Shown: positions 18,402-27,240 of the stretch, one piece after another
Position numbering within the stretch: position 1 is the first letter of the stretch
Layout of the letters: each line of letters opens with the position of its first letter
The notes under the pieces: model-generated
Databases searched by the model: none
Told to the model about the DNA's origin: nothing
Seen by the model: the letters and a program-made list of their open reading frames with translations, nothing else
Translations under genes and position numbers: made by a program
Assembly (NCBI GenBank): GCA_046290465.1
Contig: JBKAGP010000001.1
Span: forward strand, 4,960,001 to 5,024,000
From: Planctomycetota bacterium
GTDB taxonomy: Bacteria > Planctomycetota > UBA1135 > UBA2386
Reading direction: 5' to 3'
Length of the DNA: 64,000 bases

Positions 18402-18932
18402 CTAGATCAGCAGCACCTGGGTGGCGCGCAGCGCCGTCGTGCGGTCGATCCGTGGGGGGCCACGATCGAAGCAGAACGGACGTGCCGCCTCGATCACGCG
18501 CACGACCGGCTGCGGCAGCGGGGCGATCCAGCAGATCACGGCCGGCATCGGCGACAGCTTGGCGACGTCGACGTTGGGCGCCATCTCGACGTCGAACGCG
18601 ATCGTCACGCAGCAGCCACCGTCACAGTCCGAGCCAGCATCGCCGTCGGAGCCAGCATCGCCGTCCGAGCCAGCATCGCCGTCATCGTCGCGGCCGTCAT
18701 CGTCACCGGCAGCGATGCCGCCATCGTGCGTGCCCGACGGCTCGCAGCAGCCGCAGCAGTCGTCGTCGGCGGGCTGCGCTTCGGACGCGCAGCAGGCGTG
18801 CGCCGTCACCTCGCTGCACGCCCCGATGCACGTGCGCACCGTGACCCTGCTCGTCAGCGCGACGAGCATCAGCGCGATCATCGTGACCCACAGGATGGGT
18901 CGAGCGGCGCTGGTTGTGGTCGGGTTGGCCAT
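18402..18932 (-). CDS. Cys-rich exported leader protein with RGPP motif (DUF2946/CzcI/HYC_CC_PP-like)
   Basis: N-terminal hydrophobic segment, 13 Cys including CC, CCGCC and CC, acidic repeats, C-terminal RGPP-x13-LLI; first gene of the efflux operon. Confidence 0.72.
   Translation of the reverse strand: MANPTTTSAARPILWVTMIALMLVALTSRVTVRTCIGACSEVTAHACCASEAQPADDDCCGCCEPSGTHDGGIAAGDDDGRDDDGDAGSDGDAGSDGDAGSDCDGGCCVTIAFDVEMAPNVDVAKLSPMPAVICWIAPLPQPVVRVIEAARPFCFDRGPPRIDRTTALRATQVLLI
18627..18680. repeat. 3 x 18-bp tandem repeat (gtc(c/g)gagccagcatcgcc) encoding GDAGSD x3
   Basis: Direct reading of the sequence. Confidence 0.9.
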
Positions 18933-19000
18933 GCGGTTGCGGTCGCGCAGGGTGACTGGATCTCCATCGGCTGTCAAGCCCGGGGAATCCACCCGGTAGC

Positions 19001-19285
19001 TCATACCTTCTGTTTGCGGGCCCACTGGGCGTGCCGCTGCAGCTCGGGCGAGGCCCGCAGCGCCGCCAGCGACGCGAACCTGCGGGCCAGCGTCATCTCG
19101 TCGTAGAAGCGGTGCACCGCCCGGTGGCAGAGGCGGCACAGGTGCACCCCCTGCTGCAGGTGATCGCGATCGTAGGTGCGGCGGAAGAACGTGCGCCGGT
19201 GCACCTTCTTGGGGATCAGGTGGTGGAACGTCAACTCCCGCTCCGCGGAGCACAGTTCGCAGCGATCGGGGGCGTGGCGGGGCAT
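19001..19285 (-). CDS. Small HNH-nuclease-like protein
   Basis: CELC...TFHHLIP...LCRLCHRAVH zinc/HNH-like pattern. Confidence 0.7.
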   Translation of the reverse strand: MPRHAPDRCELCSAERELTFHHLIPKKVHRRTFFRRTYDRDHLQQGVHLCRLCHRAVHRFYDEMTLARRFASLAALRASPELQRHAQWARKQKV

Positions 19286-19386
19286 TTTGGGAGCCTCCTA
19301 GGGTACCCGGGGCCATGTCACCAAGCTGTCATCCCGCCGACCGGGTCCTGCCGACGCGGCCGCCGGCGGCGTAGCATCGCCGCCTC

Positions 19387-22056
19387 ATGCCCTCCATCCG
19401 TGCCGTCGTCACGTCCCTCTGTGCCGCGCTGCTGCCGCTGCCGGCCGCACTCGCCCAGGTGCCCGATCCGGTCGACTTCTTCGGCCACGAGGTCGGCGCC
19501 GACTACAAGCTGATCAACTACACCGACATGGTGGCCTACTTCCGCAAGGTCGAGGCTGCCAGCGACCGCATCAAGCTGGTCGACATCGGGCCGACCAGCT
19601 ACGGCCAGCGGATGTGGATGTCGGTGATCACGTCGCCGCAGAACCACGCGCGCCTCGATCGCCTGCGCGAGATCAGCCACACGATGGCGCACCCCGAAGG
19701 CGTGTCCCGCGAGCAGGCCGAAGCGCTGGCCCGGGAAGGCTGCGCGGTGATCTGGATCGACGGCGGCCTGCACGCGACCGAGACGATCGCCGGGCAGAAC
19801 ATCATCGAACTGGTCTGGCGCATGACCTCGCGCGACGACGCCGAGGTGCGCCGCATCCTCGACAACGTGGTGCTGCTGGTGACGCCGGTCAATCCCGACG
19901 GCTACGAGCTGGTGGCCAACGCCTACCGCGCGACGCGCAGCACGCAGACGCCGGTGCTCTACCAGCGCTACGTCGGCCACGACAACAACCGCGACTTCTA
20001 CGCGTTGAATCAGCTCGAGGCGCGCAACATCAGCCGCGTCTTCTATCGCGGCTGGTGTCCGCAGGTGATGTACAACCACCACCAGACCGCGCCGCGCAAC
20101 ACGATCATCTACACGCCGCCGTTCCGCGATCCGTTCAACTACCAGATCGATCCGCTGGTGGTGCGCGGCATCGAGATCGTCAGCGCGCACATGAACCACC
20201 GGTTCGCGCTCGAGGACAAGCCGGGCGTGATCTCGCGCAGCGGCGCTTCGTACTCGGCGTGGTGGAACGGCGGGCTGCGCTCGACGACCTACTTCCACAA
20301 CATGATCGGGATCCTGACCGAGTCGTTCGGTCGGCCCGAGCCGACCCGGATCACGCAGACGCTGTCGCGGCGGCTGCCGTACCACGACTACCCGCAGCCG
20401 GTCGGCTCGCAGCTGTGGCACGCGCGCCAGACGGTCGAGTACCTGCAGACCGCCAACTTCGCGATGCTCGACTACGGCGCGCGCTTCGGCGACGACCTGC
20501 TGCTCGGCATGTACACGATGGCGTCGCGCGCAATCGCCAAGGGGCGGCGCGATCACTGGACCGTCACGCCCAGGCTGGTCGAGGAGGCGAAGCGGCGCGA
20601 CGACGACACGGTGTTCTCGGACCGCAGCTGGCGCGACCCACGCGCCTACGTGCTGCCGGCGGACCAGCCGGACTGGTCGGCGGCGACGCGGCTGGCGCGA
20701 ACGCTGTGGCGCGGCGGGATCGACCTGCACGTCGCCGAGGAGGCGTTCCCGCTCAACGGCAAGGTGATGCCGAGCGGCTCGCTGGTGATCCGCTGCGACC
20801 AGCCGTACCGGGCGCACCTGCTCGACATGATGGAGCCGCAGTGGCACCCCGACGACATGCGCAACGGCAAGCCGATCCCGCCGTACGACGCCGCGGGCTG
20901 GACCCTGTCGATGCAGATGGACGTGCGCGTCGAGCGCACCTACGAAGCGCTGGACGGACCGTTCGAGCCGCTGGCCGAGCTGCCCGCGTTCGCGCGGCGG
21001 GACCTGCCGGTGGCGGGCAGCCACTGGCGGCTCGACGCGCGCGACCTGCACACGATCGTCGCCGTCAACCGGCTGCTGGCCAAGGGCTGCGACGTGCGCA
21101 TCGGCGAGGATGGCCATTACCGCGTGACGGTCACTCCGACGGCGAGCGCGGTGCTCGGCAAGGCGGCGCGCGAGCTCGGCGTGCGCGCCGTGGCCAGCAA
21201 CGGCGAACTCGACGGCAGCCGGGTGCGGCCGGTGCGCGTCGGCCTGTTCGACGTGTTCGGTGGGCACATGGCGACCGGTTGGGATCGCTGGCTGCTGGAG
21301 CAGATGGAGTTCCCGGTGGCGACGGTCTGGGGCGAGCGCATCCAGCGGGGCAACCTGCGCCAGGACTACGACGTGCTGGTGTTCCACACCGGCCTGCCCG
21401 GGCCGCGCGACCTCGATCGCGCGCGTCGTCGCCGCAACCCGCCGGACCTCGACAAGCTGCGCGCCGCGCTGCCGCCGTTCGAGGACTGGAGCGACCTCGA
21501 GCAGCGCGTCGTGCAGCTGACCGGGGACAAGGCGCTGCCGGCGATCCGCGAGTTCGTGCGGCAGGGCGGCACGCTGCTGGCGCTGGGCCGTGAGGTCGAG
21601 AAGGTGGTGCGCCACTTCGACCTGCCGGTCGAGGTCGGCACCCACGTCGGCGATCCGGACGCCGAGGGCGGCCGTCGTCGCACGACCCGTGAGGAATACT
21701 ACGTGCCGGGATCGCTGCTGGGCATCGACGTCGACACGTCGCACCCGCTGGCGCGCGGCGCGAGCGCGGAGATGGCGGCGATGCTCTACCGCACCGCGAC
21801 GATCCTCGATGTTCCCGATCCGAAGCCGACGATCGACGTGGTCGCGTCCTACCGCGCGCAGGACCCGTTGCTCAGCGGTTGGGCGATCGGCACCGAGCAC
21901 CTGCTCGGCAAGGCGGGGGTCCTCGAAGCCCGGGTGGGTGCGGGGCGGATCGTGCTCTACGGCATCGACGCGACCTATCGGGGGCAGCCGCTCGGCACGG
22001 CCAAGATGTTCTTCCAGGGCATCTTGACCGCCCAGGAACAGGCCGCGCGCCGCTGA
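19387..22056 (+). CDS. Secreted M14-family zinc carboxypeptidase with C-terminal GATase-like domain
   Basis: Signal peptide; GLHATE, NPDG, HDNNRD, NHHQ motifs. Confidence 0.88.
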   Translation: MPSIRAVVTSLCAALLPLPAALAQVPDPVDFFGHEVGADYKLINYTDMVAYFRKVEAASDRIKLVDIGPTSYGQRMWMSVITSPQNHARLDRLREISHTMAHPEGVSREQAEALAREGCAVIWIDGGLHATETIAGQNIIELVWRMTSRDDAEVRRILDNVVLLVTPVNPDGYELVANAYRATRSTQTPVLYQRYVGHDNNRDFYALNQLEARNISRVFYRGWCPQVMYNHHQTAPRNTIIYTPPFRDPFNYQIDPLVVRGIEIVSAHMNHRFALEDKPGVISRSGASYSAWWNGGLRSTTYFHNMIGILTESFGRPEPTRITQTLSRRLPYHDYPQPVGSQLWHARQTVEYLQTANFAMLDYGARFGDDLLLGMYTMASRAIAKGRRDHWTVTPRLVEEAKRRDDDTVFSDRSWRDPRAYVLPADQPDWSAATRLARTLWRGGIDLHVAEEAFPLNGKVMPSGSLVIRCDQPYRAHLLDMMEPQWHPDDMRNGKPIPPYDAAGWTLSMQMDVRVERTYEALDGPFEPLAELPAFARRDLPVAGSHWRLDARDLHTIVAVNRLLAKGCDVRIGEDGHYRVTVTPTASAVLGKAARELGVRAVASNGELDGSRVRPVRVGLFDVFGGHMATGWDRWLLEQMEFPVATVWGERIQRGNLRQDYDVLVFHTGLPGPRDLDRARRRRNPPDLDKLRAALPPFEDWSDLEQRVVQLTGDKALPAIREFVRQGGTLLALGREVEKVVRHFDLPVEVGTHVGDPDAEGGRRRTTREEYYVPGSLLGIDVDTSHPLARGASAEMAAMLYRTATILDVPDPKPTIDVVASYRAQDPLLSGWAIGTEHLLGKAGVLEARVGAGRIVLYGIDATYRGQPLGTAKMFFQGILTAQEQAARR

Positions 22057-22146
22057 GTGCGGCGGCGAGAGAATCGCGGAGCATCGGACGCGGCGCCTCG
22101 TCGGTGCGCGCCTCGCCTGAACCCCACAGATCTCTCCACCCGCCAC

Positions 22147-23106
22147 ATGCTTCGCATCGTCAGCTCGTTCGCCGTTTGTTCGGCGCTCGCTCTCGCCCAG
22201 GAAACTCCGGATACCACCGAGGCCGCGCCGCCGGCGCTGCCGCAGGCCAACAGCGACGAGGCGCGCGCGCTCGTCGACAAGGCGATCGACAAGCTGATCG
22301 CGTATGGGCGCGGTCGGTTCGCCAGCAGCGAAGGCCAGGACCAGGCGATGCTGCGCCAGGCCGGGTTGCCGTTCGGTCCCGAGGACACCGAGGTCGACGG
22401 TGGCTGGCATCGCGACGTCGTCTGGGGCGATGCCGACGGCCGCGAGTTCGTGCGTGCCAACGGCCGCATGCTGGCCAAGGTCGACGGCGACTGGCGGCTG
22501 CGTCGCGACAAGCTGTCGGGCGGCGTCAAGGTGCCGTTCACGGCCGATCCGGGCTACCTGCTGACGGTGCTGAAGCGCCTGCCGAAGGCGGCGCGCGCCG
22601 TCGAGCACGTCGAGGCCGGCAAGCTCAAGGGCAAGCAGTGTGCGATCCTGACCTGCAAGCTGACCGGGGACGCGGCGCTGGAGTTCGCCGATTCGGGCGC
22701 GATCCCGGACGTCGGCGGCGGCTTCGGCGGCATGATCGTGATGGGTGGCATGGGCGCTCTGGGCGGCGAACCGCCGCGCCCCGACTTCGAGACCTGGCTG
22801 GCGTTCTTCGTCGATCGGGACAGCGGCGATCTGCTGCGCTTCGCGGTCAAGTCGTTCCAGACCGACGAGATGATGGGCAACATCGCCGTCCAGGTCGCCG
22901 GCGCCGGCGGCGTCGTCGAAGAGGTCGAGGAAGAAGAGGAAGAGGAGGCCGAGAACGCCCCGGTCAAGTGGAAGCGCGGCTTCCCCAACATCAAGCCGAA
23001 GAAGGACCAGTCGGTGCTCGACTACCGCCTCGACTTCAAGGACCTCGGCCTCGCCGAGCCGCCGACCCTGGCCGACGACCTCAAGGCGCTGCTGCGGCTG
23101 CGTTAG
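22147..23106 (+). CDS. Secreted hypothetical protein
   Basis: Signal peptide ending ALALAQ; Gly/Met-rich and poly-Glu linkers. Confidence 0.7.
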   Translation: MLRIVSSFAVCSALALAQETPDTTEAAPPALPQANSDEARALVDKAIDKLIAYGRGRFASSEGQDQAMLRQAGLPFGPEDTEVDGGWHRDVVWGDADGREFVRANGRMLAKVDGDWRLRRDKLSGGVKVPFTADPGYLLTVLKRLPKAARAVEHVEAGKLKGKQCAILTCKLTGDAALEFADSGAIPDVGGGFGGMIVMGGMGALGGEPPRPDFETWLAFFVDRDSGDLLRFAVKSFQTDEMMGNIAVQVAGAGGVVEEVEEEEEEEAENAPVKWKRGFPNIKPKKDQSVLDYRLDFKDLGLAEPPTLADDLKALLRLR

Positions 23107-23213
23107 GAGCGCGTCCATGTAGTGGACGCGCTGCCAACCGTGATCGCGGAAGCGGCGTGTACGCTTGCGGACGGGGCTTTGCCCGCTAGGCGCCACCGCG
23201 CAGCGCGAGAGCG

Positions 23214-23288
23214 CAAACACCGCATGCCGAACCTGGTTCATCCTGCGCCACGTGGCGCAGGCGAACCAGGTTCGGTATGCGGTGTTTG
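23214..23288. repeat. 75-bp near-perfect palindrome between convergent genes (possible bidirectional terminator or REP/MITE-like element)
   Basis: caaacaccgcatgccgaacctggttcatcctgcgccac|gtggcgcaggcgaaccaggttcggtatgcggtgtttg. Confidence 0.85.
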
Positions 23289-23301
23289 GTTCGGGGTGGT
23301 G

Positions 23302-23997
23302 TCAGTGGACGATGGAGGCGAGGTCTTCGGGGTAGTGGCGGATCAGGCAGGCGGGGCAGATGCCGTGCGTGAACTTGGTGCCGTTCAGGTCGTGGAAGTA
23401 CTGTTCGATGCGCTGCCACTGGTCGGCGTCGTTGCGAACGGCGTGGCAGTGGCCGCACATCGGGACCAGGGTCGCGATCTCCTCGACGCGCTTCAGACAG
23501 CGAGCCAGTTGCCGGTTGCTGCGACGCAGCTCCATCAGGTGCACGACCTGGTCGGCCAGGCGCTGCAGCGTCCGCCGCGCGACTTCGTCGAACGTGCGGG
23601 TGCGGTTGTCGATCAGGCACAGCGTGCCGAGCGCGTAGCCGTCGGAGTCGACCAGCGGATGTCCTGCGTAGAAGCGGATGCCATCGGCGGCGGTGACCTG
23701 CGGGTTGTCGCGGAAGCGCGGGTCGGCGGTCGCGTCGGTGACGATCAGCGCCTCGTCCGACTCGATCGCGTGCGTGCAGAACGACAGCTCGCGCGCGACC
23801 TCGCCACGCGGGCAGCCGTGCGCGGCCTTCGACCACTGTCGACGTTCGTCGATCAGGCTGACGACCGCGACCGGCGTGTCGCAGACCTCCGCCGCCATCG
23901 CGGCGAGTTCGTCGAAGGCCAGCTCGCTCTTGGTGTCGAGCAGTTCGTAGCTGCGGAGGGCGGCGACGCGTGCCGGTTCGTCGGTGGTGGTGGACAC
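23302..23997 (-). CDS. GAF-domain protein with C-terminal Cys/His zinc-binding motif, no catalytic output domain
   Basis: EPARVAALRSY..LDT, SFCTHAI, DPRFRDNP, RFYAG.PL, GTLCLID; tail PMCGHC...FTHGICPAC. Confidence 0.85.
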   Translation of the reverse strand: MSTTTDEPARVAALRSYELLDTKSELAFDELAAMAAEVCDTPVAVVSLIDERRQWSKAAHGCPRGEVARELSFCTHAIESDEALIVTDATADPRFRDNPQVTAADGIRFYAGHPLVDSDGYALGTLCLIDNRTRTFDEVARRTLQRLADQVVHLMELRRSNRQLARCLKRVEEIATLVPMCGHCHAVRNDADQWQRIEQYFHDLNGTKFTHGICPACLIRHYPEDLASIVH

Positions 23998-24040
23998 GGT
24001 GGCAGGTGCAAGTAGGGGAATGGCGAGGGATGATGGCGAG

Positions 24041-24985
24041 ATGACGACACGCATCTGGTTGGCGGCGATGCTCACGACCTTCTGCGCAACCTGGACTTCG
24101 GCACAAACTACGCCCAGTTCCGATGGTGGCCTTCCCCATGTGAAGACCCCTAGTCCGTGGCAGCAGGGTCGATGGGTGCCGTTCGTGTTGGTCTGGCCGA
24201 CAGGTGATGCGGATGGCGACGCTGCGCGCCTGCAGGCGCTGGCCGACGCCGGCTTCGCTGCTGCCTTGCTGGACGAACGTGCTGACTCGCAACAGCTGGG
24301 AAAATCCCTGTTCGCGATCCGCCAGCGCTACCGCATCGACCAGGGGGCGCTGCATGCGCTGGTCGGCGCCGATGCCGACACGGCGCTCGCGACCCTGCTG
24401 GCGCAGCGGCACGAGTTCCAGACGGTGACCGTGTTCGGCGCCGCGGCCGATGCCGACCTGAAGGCCGTGCGGCGCCTGCGCACCCGGCGCGTGCACGCCG
24501 TGCAGGGTGCGGATGCCGAAGCGCTGGCGCAGCATCTGCGCCGACTCCACGACGCCCGCACGCCGAAGGGCGCCGCCGCCAAGGTCGCGCGCACGCTCGA
24601 CTCGTTCCACGACGCCGCCGCGGTCGGGGACGAGGACCGCTACTTCGCGATCATCCCCGACGATGCCGTGTTCCTCGGCACCGACGCGACCGAGCGCTGG
24701 ACCGGCAAGCAGTTCCGCGACTTCGCGATGCGCTACTTCGAGCGGCCGTCGGCGTGGACCTACGTGCCGCTCGAGCGCCACATCACGTTCTCGGACGATC
24801 GCAAGCTGTGCTGGTTCAGCGAGGCGCTCGACAACGCCGGCTACGGCGAATGCCGCGGCAGCGGCGTGATGGTGCTGCGTGACGGCAGCTGGGTGCTGCG
24901 CCAGTACAACCTGACCGTGCCGGTGCCCAACGACCTGATGGCGGACGTCGCCAGGCAGATCCGTCGGCACACCGACGGCAAGTGA
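24041..24985 (+). CDS. Secreted SnoaL/NTF2-like domain protein with N-terminal degenerate hydrolase-like domain
   Basis: C-terminal LDSFHDAAA..YF....FLGTDATERW...WFSEAL..G.CRGSGV...QYNL. Confidence 0.75.
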   Translation: MTTRIWLAAMLTTFCATWTSAQTTPSSDGGLPHVKTPSPWQQGRWVPFVLVWPTGDADGDAARLQALADAGFAAALLDERADSQQLGKSLFAIRQRYRIDQGALHALVGADADTALATLLAQRHEFQTVTVFGAAADADLKAVRRLRTRRVHAVQGADAEALAQHLRRLHDARTPKGAAAKVARTLDSFHDAAAVGDEDRYFAIIPDDAVFLGTDATERWTGKQFRDFAMRYFERPSAWTYVPLERHITFSDDRKLCWFSEALDNAGYGECRGSGVMVLRDGSWVLRQYNLTVPVPNDLMADVARQIRRHTDGK

Positions 24986-24994
24986 GCGCCGCCG

Positions 24995-26569
24995 CTACGA
25001 GCTGCAGGACAGCGCCGAGCAGCCGGGCTTGTGCCGCGCCCACTCCGGCCGCTTCGCCGCCAGGTCGTCGTGCTCCGGCTGCTCGTCGAACGGTCGCTGC
25101 ATGACGTCGAAGAGCCGCTGCAGCACGCTCGCGTCGCCCTTCTCGGCGGCCTCGATCGCCGTCTGCGACAGCCAGTTGCGCAGCACGAACCTGGGGTTGG
25201 TCGCGCGCAGCAGGGCGGCGATCTGCTCCGGCGCGATCGTCTCGAGCCGCGTGCGCTGCCACCAGCGGCGCAGCCAGGCGACGCCGCCGTCGAGGTGCCG
25301 CTGCGACGGCTTGCCGTAGAACGCCTCGGCCGTGCTCGCCGGCATCGTCGTCGGTTCGGCGTCGGCCGTGACGACGTCGCAGAGCGAACGGAAGAAGATC
25401 GTCATGTCGGTCTCTTCCTTGCCGAGCCAGTCGAACAGGTCCTGCAGCAGCTGGCCGTCCTCGGCGTGGCCGCCGTGCGTGATGCCGAGCTTCTGGGCGA
25501 ACCGTCGCCCCGCCTCCGCGCCGTAGACGTCGCGATAGTGGTCGAGTGCGTCCTCGGCTGGCTTCTCGTCGCCGTCGAGCAACGGCAGCACCGCCTCGCA
25601 CAGGCGCGCGACGTTCCACAGGCCGATGCCGGGCTGGTTGCCGAACGCGTAGCGGCGCTGGCGGGCGTCGGTGGTGTTGGGCGTCCAGCCGAGCTGGAAG
25701 TCGTCGGTCCAGCCGTACGGGCCGTAGTCGATCGTCAGGCCGAGGATCGACATGTTGTCGGTGTTGAGCACGCCGTGCACGAAGCCGACCGCCTGCCAGT
25801 GCGCGACCAGCTTCGCGGTGCGCGCGGCGACCTCGCGCAGCCAGCCTGTGTAGCCGTCGACACCTTGCCCGGCCGCCTCCGGAAACCAGTGCGCGAGCGT
25901 GAAGTCGACGAGCTTCCGCAGCAGCGGCACGTCGCCGCGCGACATCGGCAGCTGGTAGTTGCCGAACCGGAGGAACGTCGGCGCGACCCGGCAGACGATC
26001 GCACCCGGTTCGCGCTGCGGGTTGCCGTCGTAGAACATGTCACGCACGACGTCGTCGCCGGTGCGCACCAGCGACAGCGCCCGGGTCGTCGGCACGCCGA
26101 GCGCGTGCATCGCCTCGCTGCACAGGTATTCGCGGATCGACGAGCGCAGCACCGCGCGGCCGTCGGCGGCGCGCGAGTAGGCGGTCGGTCCGGCGCCCTT
26201 GAGCTGCAGTTCGACCCGTTCGCCGTCGGGGCGCAGCAGTTCGCCGAGCACGATCGCGCGGCCGTCGCCGAGCTGGCCAGCCCAGTGGCCGAACTGGTGG
26301 CCGCCGTAGTTGGCCGCGTACGGGTCCATCCCCGGCCACAGCGCGTTGCCGGCCAAGACCCGGGCCGCGTCGTCGCCGTCGAGCAGTTCTGCGGACAGCC
26401 CGAGTTCGGCGGCCAGCGGCGGCGACCAGTGCAGCATCTGCGGCGCGGCCACCGGCGTCGGCTGCACCCGCGACCAGAGCGCGCCGAGCACTTCGCGCGC
26501 GCGCGGTTCGGTGTCGGGGTCCCCGGGCAGCGAGTCGAGCAGCTGGCGTTGGAAGGTCGGCGGCGCCAT
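24995..26569 (-). CDS. selO: Protein adenylyltransferase SelO (YdiU)
   Basis: YGGHQFG..AGQLGDGR, QLKGAG.T.YSR..DGRAVLRSSIRE, HGVLNTDN, IDYGPY, C-terminal CSALSCSS. Confidence 0.95.
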   Translation of the reverse strand: MAPPTFQRQLLDSLPGDPDTEPRAREVLGALWSRVQPTPVAAPQMLHWSPPLAAELGLSAELLDGDDAARVLAGNALWPGMDPYAANYGGHQFGHWAGQLGDGRAIVLGELLRPDGERVELQLKGAGPTAYSRAADGRAVLRSSIREYLCSEAMHALGVPTTRALSLVRTGDDVVRDMFYDGNPQREPGAIVCRVAPTFLRFGNYQLPMSRGDVPLLRKLVDFTLAHWFPEAAGQGVDGYTGWLREVAARTAKLVAHWQAVGFVHGVLNTDNMSILGLTIDYGPYGWTDDFQLGWTPNTTDARQRRYAFGNQPGIGLWNVARLCEAVLPLLDGDEKPAEDALDHYRDVYGAEAGRRFAQKLGITHGGHAEDGQLLQDLFDWLGKEETDMTIFFRSLCDVVTADAEPTTMPASTAEAFYGKPSQRHLDGGVAWLRRWWQRTRLETIAPEQIAALLRATNPRFVLRNWLSQTAIEAAEKGDASVLQRLFDVMQRPFDEQPEHDDLAAKRPEWARHKPGCSALSCSS

Positions 26570-26610
26570 GCGTCCTTCCTACCACAACCCGGCGCGCATA
26601 GATTGCCCGC

Positions 26611-27126
26611 GTGGCCTCCGTCTCGAGCTTTCCGCCGGTCGCTTCGCGCGACGCGCGCGTGCTGGTCCTCGGCAGCATGCCGGGCGTCGCCTCGCTCGAG
26701 GCGCAGCGCTACTACGCGCACCCGCGCAACGCGTTCTGGCCGATCATGGGGGACGTGCTCGGGTTCGACGCCGAACTGCCCTACGACCGACGGCTGGCCG
26801 CGCTGCGCTGTGCGGGCATCGCGCTGTGGGACGTGCTGGCGCGCTGCGTGCGCGAGGGCAGCCTCGACAGCGACATCGAACGCGACTCGGTCGAGGTGCA
26901 CGACTTCGCCGGGTTCCTGCAGCGACACCGCGAGGTCCAGGCGGTGCTGTGCAACGGCGGCGCGGCCTTCCAGCTGTTCCGTCGGCACGTGGCGGGGGCA
27001 TTGCCAGCGCCGTTCGCGGGGTTGCCCGTCCGTCAGATGCCGTCGACGAGCCCGGCCAACGCCGGCATGCCACGAGAACGCAAGCTCGAGCTCTGGCGCG
27101 CGGCGCTCGAGCCGTGGTTGCGGTGA
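26611..27126 (+). CDS. DNA-deoxyinosine glycosylase (UDG family 6)
   Basis: LGSMPG..SL..YYAHPRNAFW, LWDV, GSLDSDI, PSTSPAN. Confidence 0.9.
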   Translation: MASVSSFPPVASRDARVLVLGSMPGVASLEAQRYYAHPRNAFWPIMGDVLGFDAELPYDRRLAALRCAGIALWDVLARCVREGSLDSDIERDSVEVHDFAGFLQRHREVQAVLCNGGAAFQLFRRHVAGALPAPFAGLPVRQMPSTSPANAGMPRERKLELWRAALEPWLR

Positions 27127-27240
27127 GTCGCAACGTCGCTGCGACCGTCGTCGCGCGGATCGGGCCGACGTGACGGCGAATCGTCGGGGCGCTGCGGATA
27201 CCCTGCTCGCGCTCGCACCCACCAATCCCCGCTACCCACG

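Noticed and set aside
19318..23241. Very long alternative ORFs (e.g. 19318-23241 -, 31594-34965 +, 35300-38401 +, 41804-44926 -, 8598-10973 -)
   Set aside because: Shadow or off-frame ORFs typical of high-GC DNA: Arg/Ala/Pro-rich, no motifs, and overlapping well-supported genes.
19001..23460. CxxCH motifs in the HNH protein (CRLCH) and the GAF protein (CGHCH) as heme-c sites
   Set aside because: Both proteins lack signal peptides and the motifs fit zinc-binding patterns.
24995..25020. Selenocysteine at the SelO C-terminus
   Set aside because: The terminus reads CSALSCSS followed by TAG, with ordinary Cys codons and no in-frame TGA.
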